A stretch of DNA of 38,519 nt, from the NCBI GenBank assembly GCA_964505335.1, contig CAZDHV010000007.1, positions 1-38,519 of the forward strand, written 5' to 3'. Under the pieces are notes generated by a model, which saw nothing but the letters and a program-made list of their open reading frames with translations, ran no database searches and was not told the origin of the DNA. This document shows positions 9,788 to 19,355 of the stretch, piece after piece. Source of the stretch: an uncultured Saprospiraceae bacterium (lineage in GTDB: Bacteria; Bacteroidota; Bacteroidia; Chitinophagales; Saprospiraceae). The first letter of the stretch is position 1, and each line of letters opens with the position of its first letter. The translations under genes were made by a program, and so were the position numbers.

Positions 9788-11050
9788 ATGATGGTATTAT
9801 TCAAGGTGATTTTGGAGAGCATAAGCATGGCGTTCTCTCAATTATCGAGTAATAAGTTGAGAACCTTTCTCTCCTTATTGGGGATCACCATTGGTATATT
9901 TTGCATCATAGCTGTACTCTCAGCTGTGGACTCGTTGGAAAGAAGTATCAGGGATGGATTTTCTGAGTTGGGCTCAGATGTGATCTATGTCGACCGGGAG
10001 CCTTGGACGGAGGATCCAAACCGCAACTATTGGAAGTATCTTAGGAGACCAGAGCCAGGCATAAGAGACTACGAAGCGATTACGGATAGATCTAAGCTGG
10101 CAGACGGTGCTGCTTATGCATTCTTTGTTGGCGGGAATACTGTGAAACATGAGTCGAGCAGTATCGACGGAGCGTTTTATATGGGTACGACATATGAGTA
10201 TCAGCGTCTTCAGGAAGTCGAGATTATAGAGGGTAGGTACTTCTCTGAAATCGAGTATCGCAATGCTTCCAATGTGGTGATTATAGGACATACTGCCAAG
10301 GAGGAGTTATTTGGGGAGAGTGAGGCCCTTGGGAAGAGTATAAAGATGCTCGGACAAAAATTCAAGGTAATCGGGGTGCTCAAACAAGAGGGAGATAGTC
10401 CATTCAACTTTATCAATTTTGATGATGTCATCTGGACTGGATTAAATACGACCCGCAAATTTTACAATTTTAGTGACTTCACCCGTGGGTTCAACTATCA
10501 GAAGCTATTGCTCGTCAAGGCTAACCCCGGTGTTGATCTCGATGATCTAAAAGATGAGTTGACCGGCATTATTAGAGGGGTCAGGAGGCTTAAGCCGACA
10601 GAAGAGGAGAATTTTGCTCTTAATGAGTTGAGCATGTTTGAAGAGATCTTAGCACCGTTCTTTGGAGGACTCAATCTTGCAGGTTTCTTAATAGGCATAT
10701 TTTCCTTGATCGTAGGGATGATCAGCGTTGCCAATATCATGTTTGTCTCCGTCAAGGAGCGCACGAATCTCATTGGAATCAAGAAAGCCTTAGGGGCTAA
10801 GAAATATTTTATCCTATTCGAATTTTTAATGGAGTCCATATTCTTATGTGCGCTTGGTGGCTTACTCGGTCTCTTTATGGTCTTTGGGTTAATGAGTCTG
10901 ATATCCTTGCTCATTCCATTTGACATGTTCTTGTCAGCCCGAAACATCATCATTGGGGTAAGCGTGTCTGTGCTGGTTGGTATTATTGCAGGTACCATAC
11001 CTGCCATGCAAGCAAGTTCTATGGATCCTGTAGAAGCGATGAGGCACTAG
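9788..11050 (+). CDS. ABC transporter permease, MacB/FtsX-like (YknZ type)
   Basis: NKLRTFLSLLGITIGI, MacB periplasmic core (GRYFS), ANIMFVSVKERTNLIGIKKALGA, PAMQASSMDPVEAMR. Confidence 0.95.
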   Translation: MMVLFKVILESISMAFSQLSSNKLRTFLSLLGITIGIFCIIAVLSAVDSLERSIRDGFSELGSDVIYVDREPWTEDPNRNYWKYLRRPEPGIRDYEAITDRSKLADGAAYAFFVGGNTVKHESSSIDGAFYMGTTYEYQRLQEVEIIEGRYFSEIEYRNASNVVIIGHTAKEELFGESEALGKSIKMLGQKFKVIGVLKQEGDSPFNFINFDDVIWTGLNTTRKFYNFSDFTRGFNYQKLLLVKANPGVDLDDLKDELTGIIRGVRRLKPTEEENFALNELSMFEEILAPFFGGLNLAGFLIGIFSLIVGMISVANIMFVSVKERTNLIGIKKALGAKKYFILFEFLMESIFLCALGGLLGLFMVFGLMSLISLLIPFDMFLSARNIIIGVSVSVLVGIIAGTIPAMQASSMDPVEAMRH

Positions 11051-11088
11051 GATAAAAATAGTGTTTCGTAGCGTAGCACAGAGTCGTT

Positions 11089-11111
11089 ATACGTAGCGTT
11101 TCACTACGTAT
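11089..11111. repeat. Inverted repeat/hairpin ATACGTAG-cgtttca-CTACGTAT
   Basis: Perfect 8-bp arms with a 7-nt spacer; GTAG-N7-CTAC core. Confidence 0.75.
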
Positions 11112-11197
11112 GGATATTCAGACTGTAAGCTATGTAGACTAATCAAGTTTTTTTGTTCACGAATGAATATTCAATAATAAGACCTGATTGATAATCA

Positions 11198-11220
11198 GTC
11201 TGTAGGTACAACCTACAGAC
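11198..11220. repeat. Inverted repeat/hairpin GTCTGTAGGT-aca-ACCTACAGAC
   Basis: Perfect 10-bp arms with a 3-nt loop; also GTAG-N7-CTAC; ends 4 nt before the duplicated gene tail. Confidence 0.8.
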
Positions 11221-11224
11221 AACG

Positions 11225-11443
11225 GCGTCCATCTTCCTCTGTGCTCTCGGTGGCTTACTCGGGCTAATGATGGTCTTTGGACTGATGAAGCTGATATCGC
11301 TCGCGATTCCATTTGACATGTTTTTATCGGCCCGCAACGTGATTATAGGCGTAAGTGTGTCGGTAATCGTTGGGATCATCGCAGGCACCATCCCTGCCTT
11401 ACAGGCCAACTCGATGGATCCGGTCGAGGCTATGCGTCAATAA
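11225..11443 (+). pseudogene. Headless diverged duplicate of the 3' end (last 72 codons + stop) of the upstream ABC permease (10832-11050)
   Basis: Gap-free alignment: ASIFLCALGGLLGLMMVFGLMKLISLAIPFDMFLSARNVIIGVSVSVIVGIIAGTIPALQANSMDPVEAMRQ* vs ESIFLCALGG...MDPVEAMRH*. By my manual count 63/72 aa and ~164/219 nt are identical. In-frame stop upstream at 11192. Confidence 0.9.
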
Positions 11444-11605
11444 AGCCACTCTGTATCTATATGGTGTAATGTAATTGGACTCTTTGCTGTAAGTTCATAA
11501 TCGTCGAGTTCGACATTTAACGCCTATAACCATATAGTGAACTCTAATTTCGACTTAGAGCTTTCATGCAAATTATTTCTTCATTATACGAGAATGTTAA
11601 ATGAT

Positions 11606-11613
11606 TAAATTTG
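11606..11613 (+). promoter_or_regulatory. Putative -7 promoter element for susCD
   Basis: TAAATTTG matches TAnnTTTG, ~105 bp upstream of the susC start, in AT-rich DNA. Confidence 0.4.
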
Positions 11614-11719
11614 GTTCATGTTGGATTTTGAAAAATAAAATTGGACAAACAGATAGGCATTTAAAATAAGTTTAAGTAATATCATATATCATTAATTCAA
11701 CACTTAAATAAGCTAACTT

Positions 11720-14707
11720 ATGAACAAACTATTTTACAATTATTTCATTTCCTTGTTAATACTATTGCTGGGTACGGTAGCCACTGTCGCACAGCAAAAT
11801 ATTTCGGGTACAGTAGTGGATGAAAATAGCTTCCCTGTTATTGGAGCCGCAGTGCTTGTGAAAGGTACCACGATTGGAACTGTTACGGATATAGACGGTT
11901 CTTATAATCTTAATATTCCTTCTGATGACGTTGAGATTGAGGTAAGCTATATTGGATTTAGCACTCAGACCGTACGATATGATGATGGCTCGTATGCAAA
12001 CATCACTTTATCAGAGTCATCGACTAGTTTAGATGAGGTCGTAATCACAGGACTGGCCTCGTCGATTAAGCGATCTAATTTGGCCAATGCAGTTGCCTCG
12101 ATTAGCGCTAAAGAATTGACTGGTGTGACCACTCAAAATACAATTGATGGGGCACTTTATGGAAAATTCAAAGGTGCCGATATTCGTGCGAATTCTGGAG
12201 CACCTGGAGGAGGGTTTTCTATCCGACTACGGGGGGTTACTTCTGTTTTTCTCAATCAGCAACCTCAATACATTATTGATGGAGTATACTTAGATAACTC
12301 GTCAATATCCTTAGGTACTGATATCGTGACGTCTGCTGCAGGCGGAGGAAACACCGCAACTAATCAAGATGATGCCTCCAATAGAATTGCGGATCTCATC
12401 CCCGAGGATATCGAATCTATAGAGATATTAAAGGGTGCATCGGCAGCTGCAATCTACGGAGTTGGTGGTGCTGGAGGTGTTGTAGTTATCAAAACGAAAT
12501 CAGGAAAATACAACCAAAAAGCAAAGATTAATTTTTCTCAGACTATAGGATTCAGTGAACCTACAGAACTCTTAGGTGACCGTGGTTGGGACGCCGCTTT
12601 AGTTGGTGAAGTCTTTGGAGCCGAAGAGGTTGAAAGATTTAATGCTAATGGTGTTACTGATTACGAATCTGTACTTTATGATAATAAGCCATTCCAGAGT
12701 ATTACATCTCTATCTGTAGGTGGAGGTAGTGATAAGACTAAGTATTTTGTTTCTGGTACTTACAGAGATCAAGGAGGTTTAGTAGAAAATACTGGATATG
12801 AAAAAGCGTCACTGCGAGCAAACATTACGACTAAAGTGACGGATCGTCTAACTTTTGATTTGACCTCGACCTACATATTTTCCGATGCGGATAGAGGGTT
12901 GTTTAACAACTCCAACGCCAACACAACAGTCGGTTATGCATTGGCATTTACTAGGCCTTGGGATGTCCTACAAGCTGATGAAAATGGCAATTTCCCGGCC
13001 AACTCGAGAGTGGGGTCTAATGTGCTCGAGACTGTCAATATTACAACTAACGAAGAGCGAGTCAATAGATTTTTTGGGAGTGGTAGATTGACCTACGACA
13101 TTCTCAGTCAAGAAAATCAATCGTTGAAGGCGGGCGTAGAAGTAGGGCTAGATCAATACACTCTTAGAACCAGGGGTATATTTCCGCAATCCTTGTCATT
13201 TTTTAGAGACCCATCTTCTTTAAGAGGGGCGTCAATAGCAGGGACCGGATTTAATAACCGAACAAATATTTCAGGATTTTTAGTTCATAATTATATCACG
13301 GACAACAATATCACTATTAGATCTCAGATCGGTGCTATAGAACTAAAGAGTAATCAAGATGTATTAAGAATTGTTTCTTCAGGTCTAAATGGTTCGCAAA
13401 CGAATATAGATCAGGCTGAAAATAGCTCGGTAAGCCAAGACAGACAAGAAGAAACGATTAGAGGTGTCTTCCTCCAAGAAGAGATCAATTATGACGACAA
13501 GATTATATTGACCTTAGGGTTGAGAGGAGACAGGTCATCTAATAATGGCGATCCAAATGACGTATTTTGGAATCCTAAAGCGAGTATTGCTGTCAACATC
13601 CATGAGCTCACCGATGTTGGCTCTGTTTTTTCTCAGTTGAAACCGAGATTTGCATATGGTCGTTCAGCGAGGTTTGCCGGATTTTCGGATCGTTTCAATG
13701 AGCTAAGCCCTGGTCAAATTGCTGGTAGTGCAGGATTATTTACAGCGCCATTACGAGGTAATCCCGATGTAGCTCCCGAAACTCAGACCGAATTTGAGTT
13801 TGGAGCGGATTTAGGCTTTTGGAATAATCGAATTCTCTTTAATGCGACTTATTATATTAAGACCATTGATGATCTATTATTGAGAGCTCAGGTTCCAGCT
13901 TCAAGTGGATTTTCTAATCAAGTCATTAATGCAGGAGAGTTGCGGAATCGTGGGTTGGAATTAGGTATTGAGGCAGAGGTCATTTCTACAAACAAAATCT
14001 CTTGGGCATCAGGATTAAACTGGTGGCGCAATCGATCAGAAGTGACACGTCTAGACATACCTGCATTTAATACAGGTGGATTTGCTGCCTTCTTAGGAGT
14101 AGGTAGGATTCAAGAGGGAGCGAGTGCAACACAATTGGGAGGAACGATAGATCCAAGTACATGCCTTAGTGCTACCGATTGTAGCAATGTTGACCCGGAA
14201 GGCGATGGATTTCAACAGTTTGGAGATATAGAAGCAGATTTCAACCTGAGTTGGACCAATAGCTTATTGCTTGGCAACTTTGAGTTAAATTGGTTAATCC
14301 ACTGGAAGCAAGGAGGCGATGGTATTAACTTAAGCACGTTGCTTTATGATTTGGGGAGCGTCACTTGGGATTTTGATGATACAGATTTAGATCCATCTGG
14401 TGAGCTTTCTAATGGCGATTTCAGATTGGCTGCATTAGGTACACATCCTGATGTATATATTGAAGATGCAGGATATGTAAGGCTAAGAGAACTTGGTTTG
14501 TACTATACTGTGCCAGGATCGAAGATAAAATTCGCTGAAAACCTGAGAGTGGGCGTATCGGCTAGAAACTTAGTCAACCTCTTTGGTTATAATAGTTATG
14601 ATCCTGAGGTCTCCAACTTCGGAAATAACGTCTTAATCAATTCTGTGGAAGTGACTCCGTATCCAGCGAGTAGAAATCTCAACTTCCACGTAAATGTTAC
14701 ATTTTAA
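11720..14707 (+). CDS. SusC/RagA family TonB-linked outer-membrane transporter
   Basis: N-terminal CarboxypepD_reg-like domain (VLVKGTTIGTVTDIDGSY), GAPGGGFSIRLRG, IIDG, PEDIESIEILKGASAAAIYG, PETQTEFEFGAD, C-terminal YPASRNLNFHVNVTF. Confidence 0.95.
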   Translation: MNKLFYNYFISLLILLLGTVATVAQQNISGTVVDENSFPVIGAAVLVKGTTIGTVTDIDGSYNLNIPSDDVEIEVSYIGFSTQTVRYDDGSYANITLSESSTSLDEVVITGLASSIKRSNLANAVASISAKELTGVTTQNTIDGALYGKFKGADIRANSGAPGGGFSIRLRGVTSVFLNQQPQYIIDGVYLDNSSISLGTDIVTSAAGGGNTATNQDDASNRIADLIPEDIESIEILKGASAAAIYGVGGAGGVVVIKTKSGKYNQKAKINFSQTIGFSEPTELLGDRGWDAALVGEVFGAEEVERFNANGVTDYESVLYDNKPFQSITSLSVGGGSDKTKYFVSGTYRDQGGLVENTGYEKASLRANITTKVTDRLTFDLTSTYIFSDADRGLFNNSNANTTVGYALAFTRPWDVLQADENGNFPANSRVGSNVLETVNITTNEERVNRFFGSGRLTYDILSQENQSLKAGVEVGLDQYTLRTRGIFPQSLSFFRDPSSLRGASIAGTGFNNRTNISGFLVHNYITDNNITIRSQIGAIELKSNQDVLRIVSSGLNGSQTNIDQAENSSVSQDRQEETIRGVFLQEEINYDDKIILTLGLRGDRSSNNGDPNDVFWNPKASIAVNIHELTDVGSVFSQLKPRFAYGRSARFAGFSDRFNELSPGQIAGSAGLFTAPLRGNPDVAPETQTEFEFGADLGFWNNRILFNATYYIKTIDDLLLRAQVPASSGFSNQVINAGELRNRGLELGIEAEVISTNKISWASGLNWWRNRSEVTRLDIPAFNTGGFAAFLGVGRIQEGASATQLGGTIDPSTCLSATDCSNVDPEGDGFQQFGDIEADFNLSWTNSLLLGNFELNWLIHWKQGGDGINLSTLLYDLGSVTWDFDDTDLDPSGELSNGDFRLAALGTHPDVYIEDAGYVRLRELGLYYTVPGSKIKFAENLRVGVSARNLVNLFGYNSYDPEVSNFGNNVLINSVEVTPYPASRNLNFHVNVTF

Positions 14708-14719
14708 AAATTGAGAATT

Positions 14720-16027
14720 ATGAAGAAATTAATATATATAGCAATTACTCTTGCAACGATTTCTATATCGTGTGACGTTGAAGAGGTCCTGAATCCAAAC
14801 TCTCCTACATTAGAGAGCTTTGAAGATGGAGCCACATTAGCTGATTTACAACTATTGGCTAATGGCCTACAGGCTGTCATACGAGAGGATATGCAGTTTC
14901 ATTTTTGGACTACTAATATGGTTGGCCGAGAGTATTATGATCTGCGTGGTACTGACCCCCGTTTTACGACAGAGTTATTGGGTCGTAATGGAGGATCACT
15001 TGATAATGCGGGATTCTTAACAACTCGGAGTTACTTTGGTCGATATAGATCCGTCCGCAACGCAAACCTTCTCAAAACAGCTATTCAAAATACGGTGGCT
15101 ACATTGTCTACTGATGAGACAAATTCATTGTTAGGATTTGCTAATACACTCCAAGCCTACGAGTTGTTGTTAGAGGCAACTCGACAATTTGAAAACGGCA
15201 TTAGGATTGATGTAGAGGATGTCAATGCCTTAGGTCCATTCTCTAATGGATATCAGGATGCACTTACTCAGATTTCAGCTTTGTTAGACGAAGGATTTGG
15301 CCAGTTAGCTAATACTGCAGGAGATGTCGTATTTAACCTGCAGGGCTTGAATTTCGCAGGTTCTGATATTGAGAGACTAGCTCAATTCAATAGAGCAATA
15401 GCTGCTAGATTAGCCCTTTATCAAAATGACAGAAACGGCGCATTGAGTGCACTTAGTAGTTCATTTTTTGATCTAAATGGGGATATAAATGATGGCGCTT
15501 ATTATACGTTTGGAGGCGCAACAGGCAACGATTTGCCCAATCCTCTTTTTTATGTTCCTGGTGTAGACAATTACTTGGCTCATCCAGAGTGGATAGAAGA
15601 TTCGACCGAGGGAGATAATAGATTGTCAAAAGTTGCAAGTCAGAGCACTCCGATTTCTCTTGATGATCTAACAGGTCAATTCTTGGTAACGCTCTATGAA
15701 AGCAATACTTCTCCAGCGTCGATAATAAGAAATGAAGAATTAATATTGATCTACGCAGAAGCAAATCTTGGGATAAATACTGCTGAATCTGTTAATGCAA
15801 TCAATACCATTCGTGCAACGGCAGGGTTAGCGCCTTATGATGGACCTATGGATGAGGAATCGTTAATAGACGAGATCTTATACCAGAGAAGGTATTCTCT
15901 TTTTGGTGAAGGTCATAGATGGATTGATCTGAGAAGATTTAACAGGATAGACGAAATTCCTTTGGATAGACCCGGTGATGTCGTTCATATTCAGTTCCCT
16001 CGACCGGCGTCAGAGGATAGTTTATAG
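14720..16027 (+). CDS. RagB/SusD family nutrient-binding lipoprotein
   Basis: Lipobox ISISC, IIRNEELILIYAEA, INTIRATAGL, ILYQRRYSLFGEGHRWIDLRR; directly follows SusC. Confidence 0.95.
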   Translation: MKKLIYIAITLATISISCDVEEVLNPNSPTLESFEDGATLADLQLLANGLQAVIREDMQFHFWTTNMVGREYYDLRGTDPRFTTELLGRNGGSLDNAGFLTTRSYFGRYRSVRNANLLKTAIQNTVATLSTDETNSLLGFANTLQAYELLLEATRQFENGIRIDVEDVNALGPFSNGYQDALTQISALLDEGFGQLANTAGDVVFNLQGLNFAGSDIERLAQFNRAIAARLALYQNDRNGALSALSSSFFDLNGDINDGAYYTFGGATGNDLPNPLFYVPGVDNYLAHPEWIEDSTEGDNRLSKVASQSTPISLDDLTGQFLVTLYESNTSPASIIRNEELILIYAEANLGINTAESVNAINTIRATAGLAPYDGPMDEESLIDEILYQRRYSLFGEGHRWIDLRRFNRIDEIPLDRPGDVVHIQFPRPASEDSL

Positions 16028-16059
16028 TGTGACATTTCTGATTTTATACAAGATTATTG

Positions 16060-16100
16060 AAACTAAAAAAGTGGGGCTATATGCCTCACTTTTTTAGTTT
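16060..16100. terminator. Rho-independent (probably bidirectional) terminator after susCD
   Basis: AAACTAAAAAAGTGGGGC-tatat-GCCTCACTTTTTTAGTTT hairpin with A and T tracts on both sides. Confidence 0.85.
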
Positions 16101-16242
16101 ATAATGCCCACATTTAAATCGATGCGGAATATGTCGCTGCTTGGGTACATACGGACTATATAAATCGTGAAGGTCATAGAAGCTATCTTTTAAAATGAAT
16201 GAGGAATGACTACTTTTTTGCTCCTCCTTTATCAAGGGTTAA

Positions 16243-17205
16243 ATGAATTTTAAAAAATATTTAATATTAATGATTTTGCTGTGTAATAGCATTTGTGCTA
16301 TGCATGGACAAAAACAATTGTTTAGAGTTATTGATACACAATCGAAAGAAGGTCTTGCTGATTGTATTATTTATACAGGAGGTCTTTTGTCATTGAGCAA
16401 TGATGATGGTCAATTTCAAATGGATTTTAAGGACTCTGTAGTCATACAACATCTTGGATATCGTACTGCCGTGTTTTATACTGACGAAAAGACCTATGAA
16501 TTAACAAGGTTGGCATTTGACTTAGACGAAGTGGTGATTACTGCTCGCAGTAATGAGGATATTTTATTCGATGCGATTGAGTCCCTTAGGCGGAGCATGG
16601 ATGTTTTTTTAGAAGAGGATAATACATTTAAATATGAGCTTTCAGATAATGACTTTGATCTAATCGCCTTAATTGCTTTAGATCCAAGCTTTAAACTCGG
16701 AGAGTTTGAAGTCTACAATGCCGCCTTTAAATGGAAAGATAATGAGCTGGATACCATGAAGATTCGCCCATTAACACAACTAACTTATTCGCTGAAAATT
16801 TGGCCTTCACTCAATCTAAAATCAAAGTTCTATACACGGAAACATGCCGAACGTAAGTATAAAATACAGGATGTCAAGATAAATGGTGAGGATGGTTCAT
16901 TAATCTATCATGTCCAATACAAGAAGTACTATGTCAAGATTGAAATTAATGAGTACCTTAGAATAGTCGATATCCAAACCTACAAAGATGAGAAATACAC
17001 AGAACTATGGACTCATCTCAGTTTTGAGCATGAAGTACCGACATCTCTAATGGCTTGGGGACATGCAGAGATAAAATGGCATTATAAATTGACGCCCATA
17101 CCCAATTTATCTTTCATTCAATCCTCTAACAAATACCTTGGTGTTAGCAAACTTGAGGACCTGCAATTTGGTCGCCTACAACTTGTTAACTTTAATGAGA
17201 ATTAG
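16243..17205 (+). CDS. Hypothetical secreted protein with CarboxypepD_reg-like N-terminal domain
   Basis: Signal peptide; VIDTQSKEGL...SNDDGQF...IQHLGY...LDEVVITA pattern; remainder not recognised. Confidence 0.6.
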   Translation: MNFKKYLILMILLCNSICAMHGQKQLFRVIDTQSKEGLADCIIYTGGLLSLSNDDGQFQMDFKDSVVIQHLGYRTAVFYTDEKTYELTRLAFDLDEVVITARSNEDILFDAIESLRRSMDVFLEEDNTFKYELSDNDFDLIALIALDPSFKLGEFEVYNAAFKWKDNELDTMKIRPLTQLTYSLKIWPSLNLKSKFYTRKHAERKYKIQDVKINGEDGSLIYHVQYKKYYVKIEINEYLRIVDIQTYKDEKYTELWTHLSFEHEVPTSLMAWGHAEIKWHYKLTPIPNLSFIQSSNKYLGVSKLEDLQFGRLQLVNFNEN

Positions 17206-17242
17206 CTTACCTAGTTTTATTCGTTACTCCTTATTATTCTCC

Positions 17243-17488
17243 TCACACAAAATCATCATCGTCATACTCTGGTGGTAAGGGATCTATATCGTGTGTGTCA
17301 TAATAGTTGGCATCAACTTCTTTTTCGAATATTATAATCGTACATCCCTTGCCTTTTCTGACTCCTGTGGTTAATGTGTTCAGTCTCCAGTCATCACGTC
17401 CGTGGTGATTAATAACGGCCATTAGATTTTGCTGTGGTCGACCAGTCCACATACCATGAGTGATTTCAACAGATTTATATGTATACAT
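17243..17488 (-). CDS. DUF4177-like small protein
   Basis: MYTYKSVEI...INHHGRDDWRL...IIFEKEV matches the YEYK...LNxxGxxGWEL...FKR pattern; ATG at 17488 preferred over 17527. Confidence 0.65.
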   Translation of the reverse strand: MYTYKSVEITHGMWTGRPQQNLMAVINHHGRDDWRLNTLTTGVRKGKGCTIIIFEKEVDANYYDTHDIDPLPPEYDDDDFV

Positions 17489-17577
17489 ATTTAGGAGGAT
17501 TAGGATTTTGCAATTTGCGTCATACAAAGTAAAATTAATGCCACCCCAAGTGGTCCGGAATTAAAGCTCTAAGTTTC

Positions 17578-19125
17578 CTACAACTTCCTCAACTCCTTCT
17601 TCAATATCTTCCCTGTTGCACTCATCGGTAGCGCATCTATGAATTCTACAACTCTCGGATACTTATAAGCCGCCAGCTTAGACTTCGTGTAGGCAATCAA
17701 TTCATCTTCTGAGATCGAGCCGTTGGCCTCTTTTACTACGTAGGCTTTAATCTCCTCACCCATCTTTTCATCGGGGATGCCGATTACGGCTACTAAGGAG
17801 ACATCGTCATGTTTAATCATGACTTCTTCGACTTCTCGAGGATACACATTCAGCCCTCCTCGTATAATCATGTCTTTCGTTCGATCTACTATAAAATAGA
17901 ATCCGTCCTCGTCTTTTATAGCAACATCTCCGGAATGGAGCCAGCCATCTTTGAGTGTTTTGGCATTGGCTTCAGGCTTCTTATAATATCCTTTCATCAC
18001 ATTATGACCCTTGTAGAGTAGTTCACCTTTTTCACCGACAGGTACTTCATTGCCTTCATCATCGACCAGTTTTACTTCAACGCCCCATACTTCTTTACCG
18101 ATTGATCCAGGCTTAGTTCCCAGCGAGGGCTGATTAAAGGTAACCACTGGCGATCCCTCTGACATGCCATAGCCCTCAAGCACACTAACCTTAAATCTCG
18201 CTTCGAAGTCATGTAACACTTGTACGGGTAGAGCAGCTCCTCCTGACGCACATAGCCTCAAGTTGTTTGAGATCTTGGCGTAGTCAAATTTGTCTTCTTT
18301 ATAGTTGAGCAGTCCCCAGTACATTGTTGGAACTCCTGCGAATATAGTTACCTCGTGTTTTTGCAGTAACCCAAAGACAGTCTCCGCATCAAATCTAGGC
18401 AACAGGATGGCATGTGTGCCCTTATAAATTCCAGCATTCATCAGACAGGTCATTGCGAATATGTGGAACAAAGGAAGCACGATCAGGGTAGTATCTTGGT
18501 CATTAAGGTCAAATAAATCACAGCATAGGACTGTATTACAAAATAGATTAGAGTGCGTTAATTCAGCCCCCTTAGGTCTGCCTGTTGTTCCTGATGTATA
18601 GATTATTACGGCCGTATCATCGGCACCAGTCTGTGCCATCTCAAATGTTGGTGCCTGACCAGCCATAAGGCTACCCAAAGTCTTAGTCCCTTCAATCGGG
18701 GAGGGTGACGTAGGGTTAGCGGTAATTACGAAGAAGTGTTCACACCCACTGGCCTTGTTGTAACCTTGATGACCCATTTGGGCCATGGGCAGCTCAGGCG
18801 TACCTTCAAAGCAGAAATAAGCCTTCGCTTCGCTATCATTAAGATGATATTCTATTTCATCCTCTTTTAAGAGCACGCTGAGCGGTACTACGGTAGCACC
18901 AGCTTTCAGGATGCCAAAATAGATCATCGGGAAGTAGGGAAGATTGAGACAACTCAAGGCTACCTTGTCGCCAGGAACGATACCTTGCTCCTTCAATCCA
19001 TTGGCTATTTGATTCGCAGCACCATTGATCTGACTGTAATTGAGTGTAGTGTCACCAAAGGTAAATGCCGGATTGCTGCCGTGTGATATGGCAGTAGCCG
19101 ATAGTATCGTAGCGAGGTTTAACAT
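17578..19125 (-). CDS. Long-chain-fatty-acid--CoA ligase
   Basis: AMP-binding motif YTSGTTGRPKG, EGYGMSE, GWLHSGD, DRTKDMIIRGGLNVYPREVE, PMSATGKILK. Confidence 0.95.
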   Translation of the reverse strand: MLNLATILSATAISHGSNPAFTFGDTTLNYSQINGAANQIANGLKEQGIVPGDKVALSCLNLPYFPMIYFGILKAGATVVPLSVLLKEDEIEYHLNDSEAKAYFCFEGTPELPMAQMGHQGYNKASGCEHFFVITANPTSPSPIEGTKTLGSLMAGQAPTFEMAQTGADDTAVIIYTSGTTGRPKGAELTHSNLFCNTVLCCDLFDLNDQDTTLIVLPLFHIFAMTCLMNAGIYKGTHAILLPRFDAETVFGLLQKHEVTIFAGVPTMYWGLLNYKEDKFDYAKISNNLRLCASGGAALPVQVLHDFEARFKVSVLEGYGMSEGSPVVTFNQPSLGTKPGSIGKEVWGVEVKLVDDEGNEVPVGEKGELLYKGHNVMKGYYKKPEANAKTLKDGWLHSGDVAIKDEDGFYFIVDRTKDMIIRGGLNVYPREVEEVMIKHDDVSLVAVIGIPDEKMGEEIKAYVVKEANGSISEDELIAYTKSKLAAYKYPRVVEFIDALPMSATGKILKKELRKL

Positions 19126-19355
19126 AGTCTTCTTTTTTGACTGATGAACATAGTAAAAATATGGTGCTATAACGCTTGAAGTATTATATGATTTTGAGTT
19201 GTTTTATTTGCGCCAGAGAATCTTCTATGTCGTTCAATTTGCAATCAGTAATCTCTACACTAGAATTAATGACGGCTACTTTACAGTTTAGTGTTCAGGA
19301 TGTAGGGGCCATGTATGAATAAGAATGTCTTTTTCAATGACCAGAAATAGAAACC

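Noticed and set aside
11051-11224. CRISPR mini-array or terminators
   Set aside because: The two hairpins are not direct repeats of one sequence, there are no cas genes, and they lack U-tracts.
11143-11409. 88-aa minus-strand ORF (and the similar 10498-11007 ORF)
   Set aside because: They are antisense shadows of the permease tail and its duplicate, and resemble each other only for that reason.
10832-11443. Diversity-generating retroelement template/variable repeat pair
   Set aside because: Mismatches are not adenine-specific (GCG/GCT, CTT/CTC, GGT/GGG), are mostly synonymous, and no reverse transcriptase is present.
11503-11560. Small palindromes GTCGA-gt-TCGAC and CTCTAA-7nt-TTAGAG upstream of susC as operators
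   Set aside because: Arms of only 5-6 bp are expected by chance, and no regulator is encoded nearby.
16104-16198. Coding-looking fragments between the susD terminator and ORF 16243
   Set aside because: They are under 30 codons; one lacks a start and neither has a recognisable motif.
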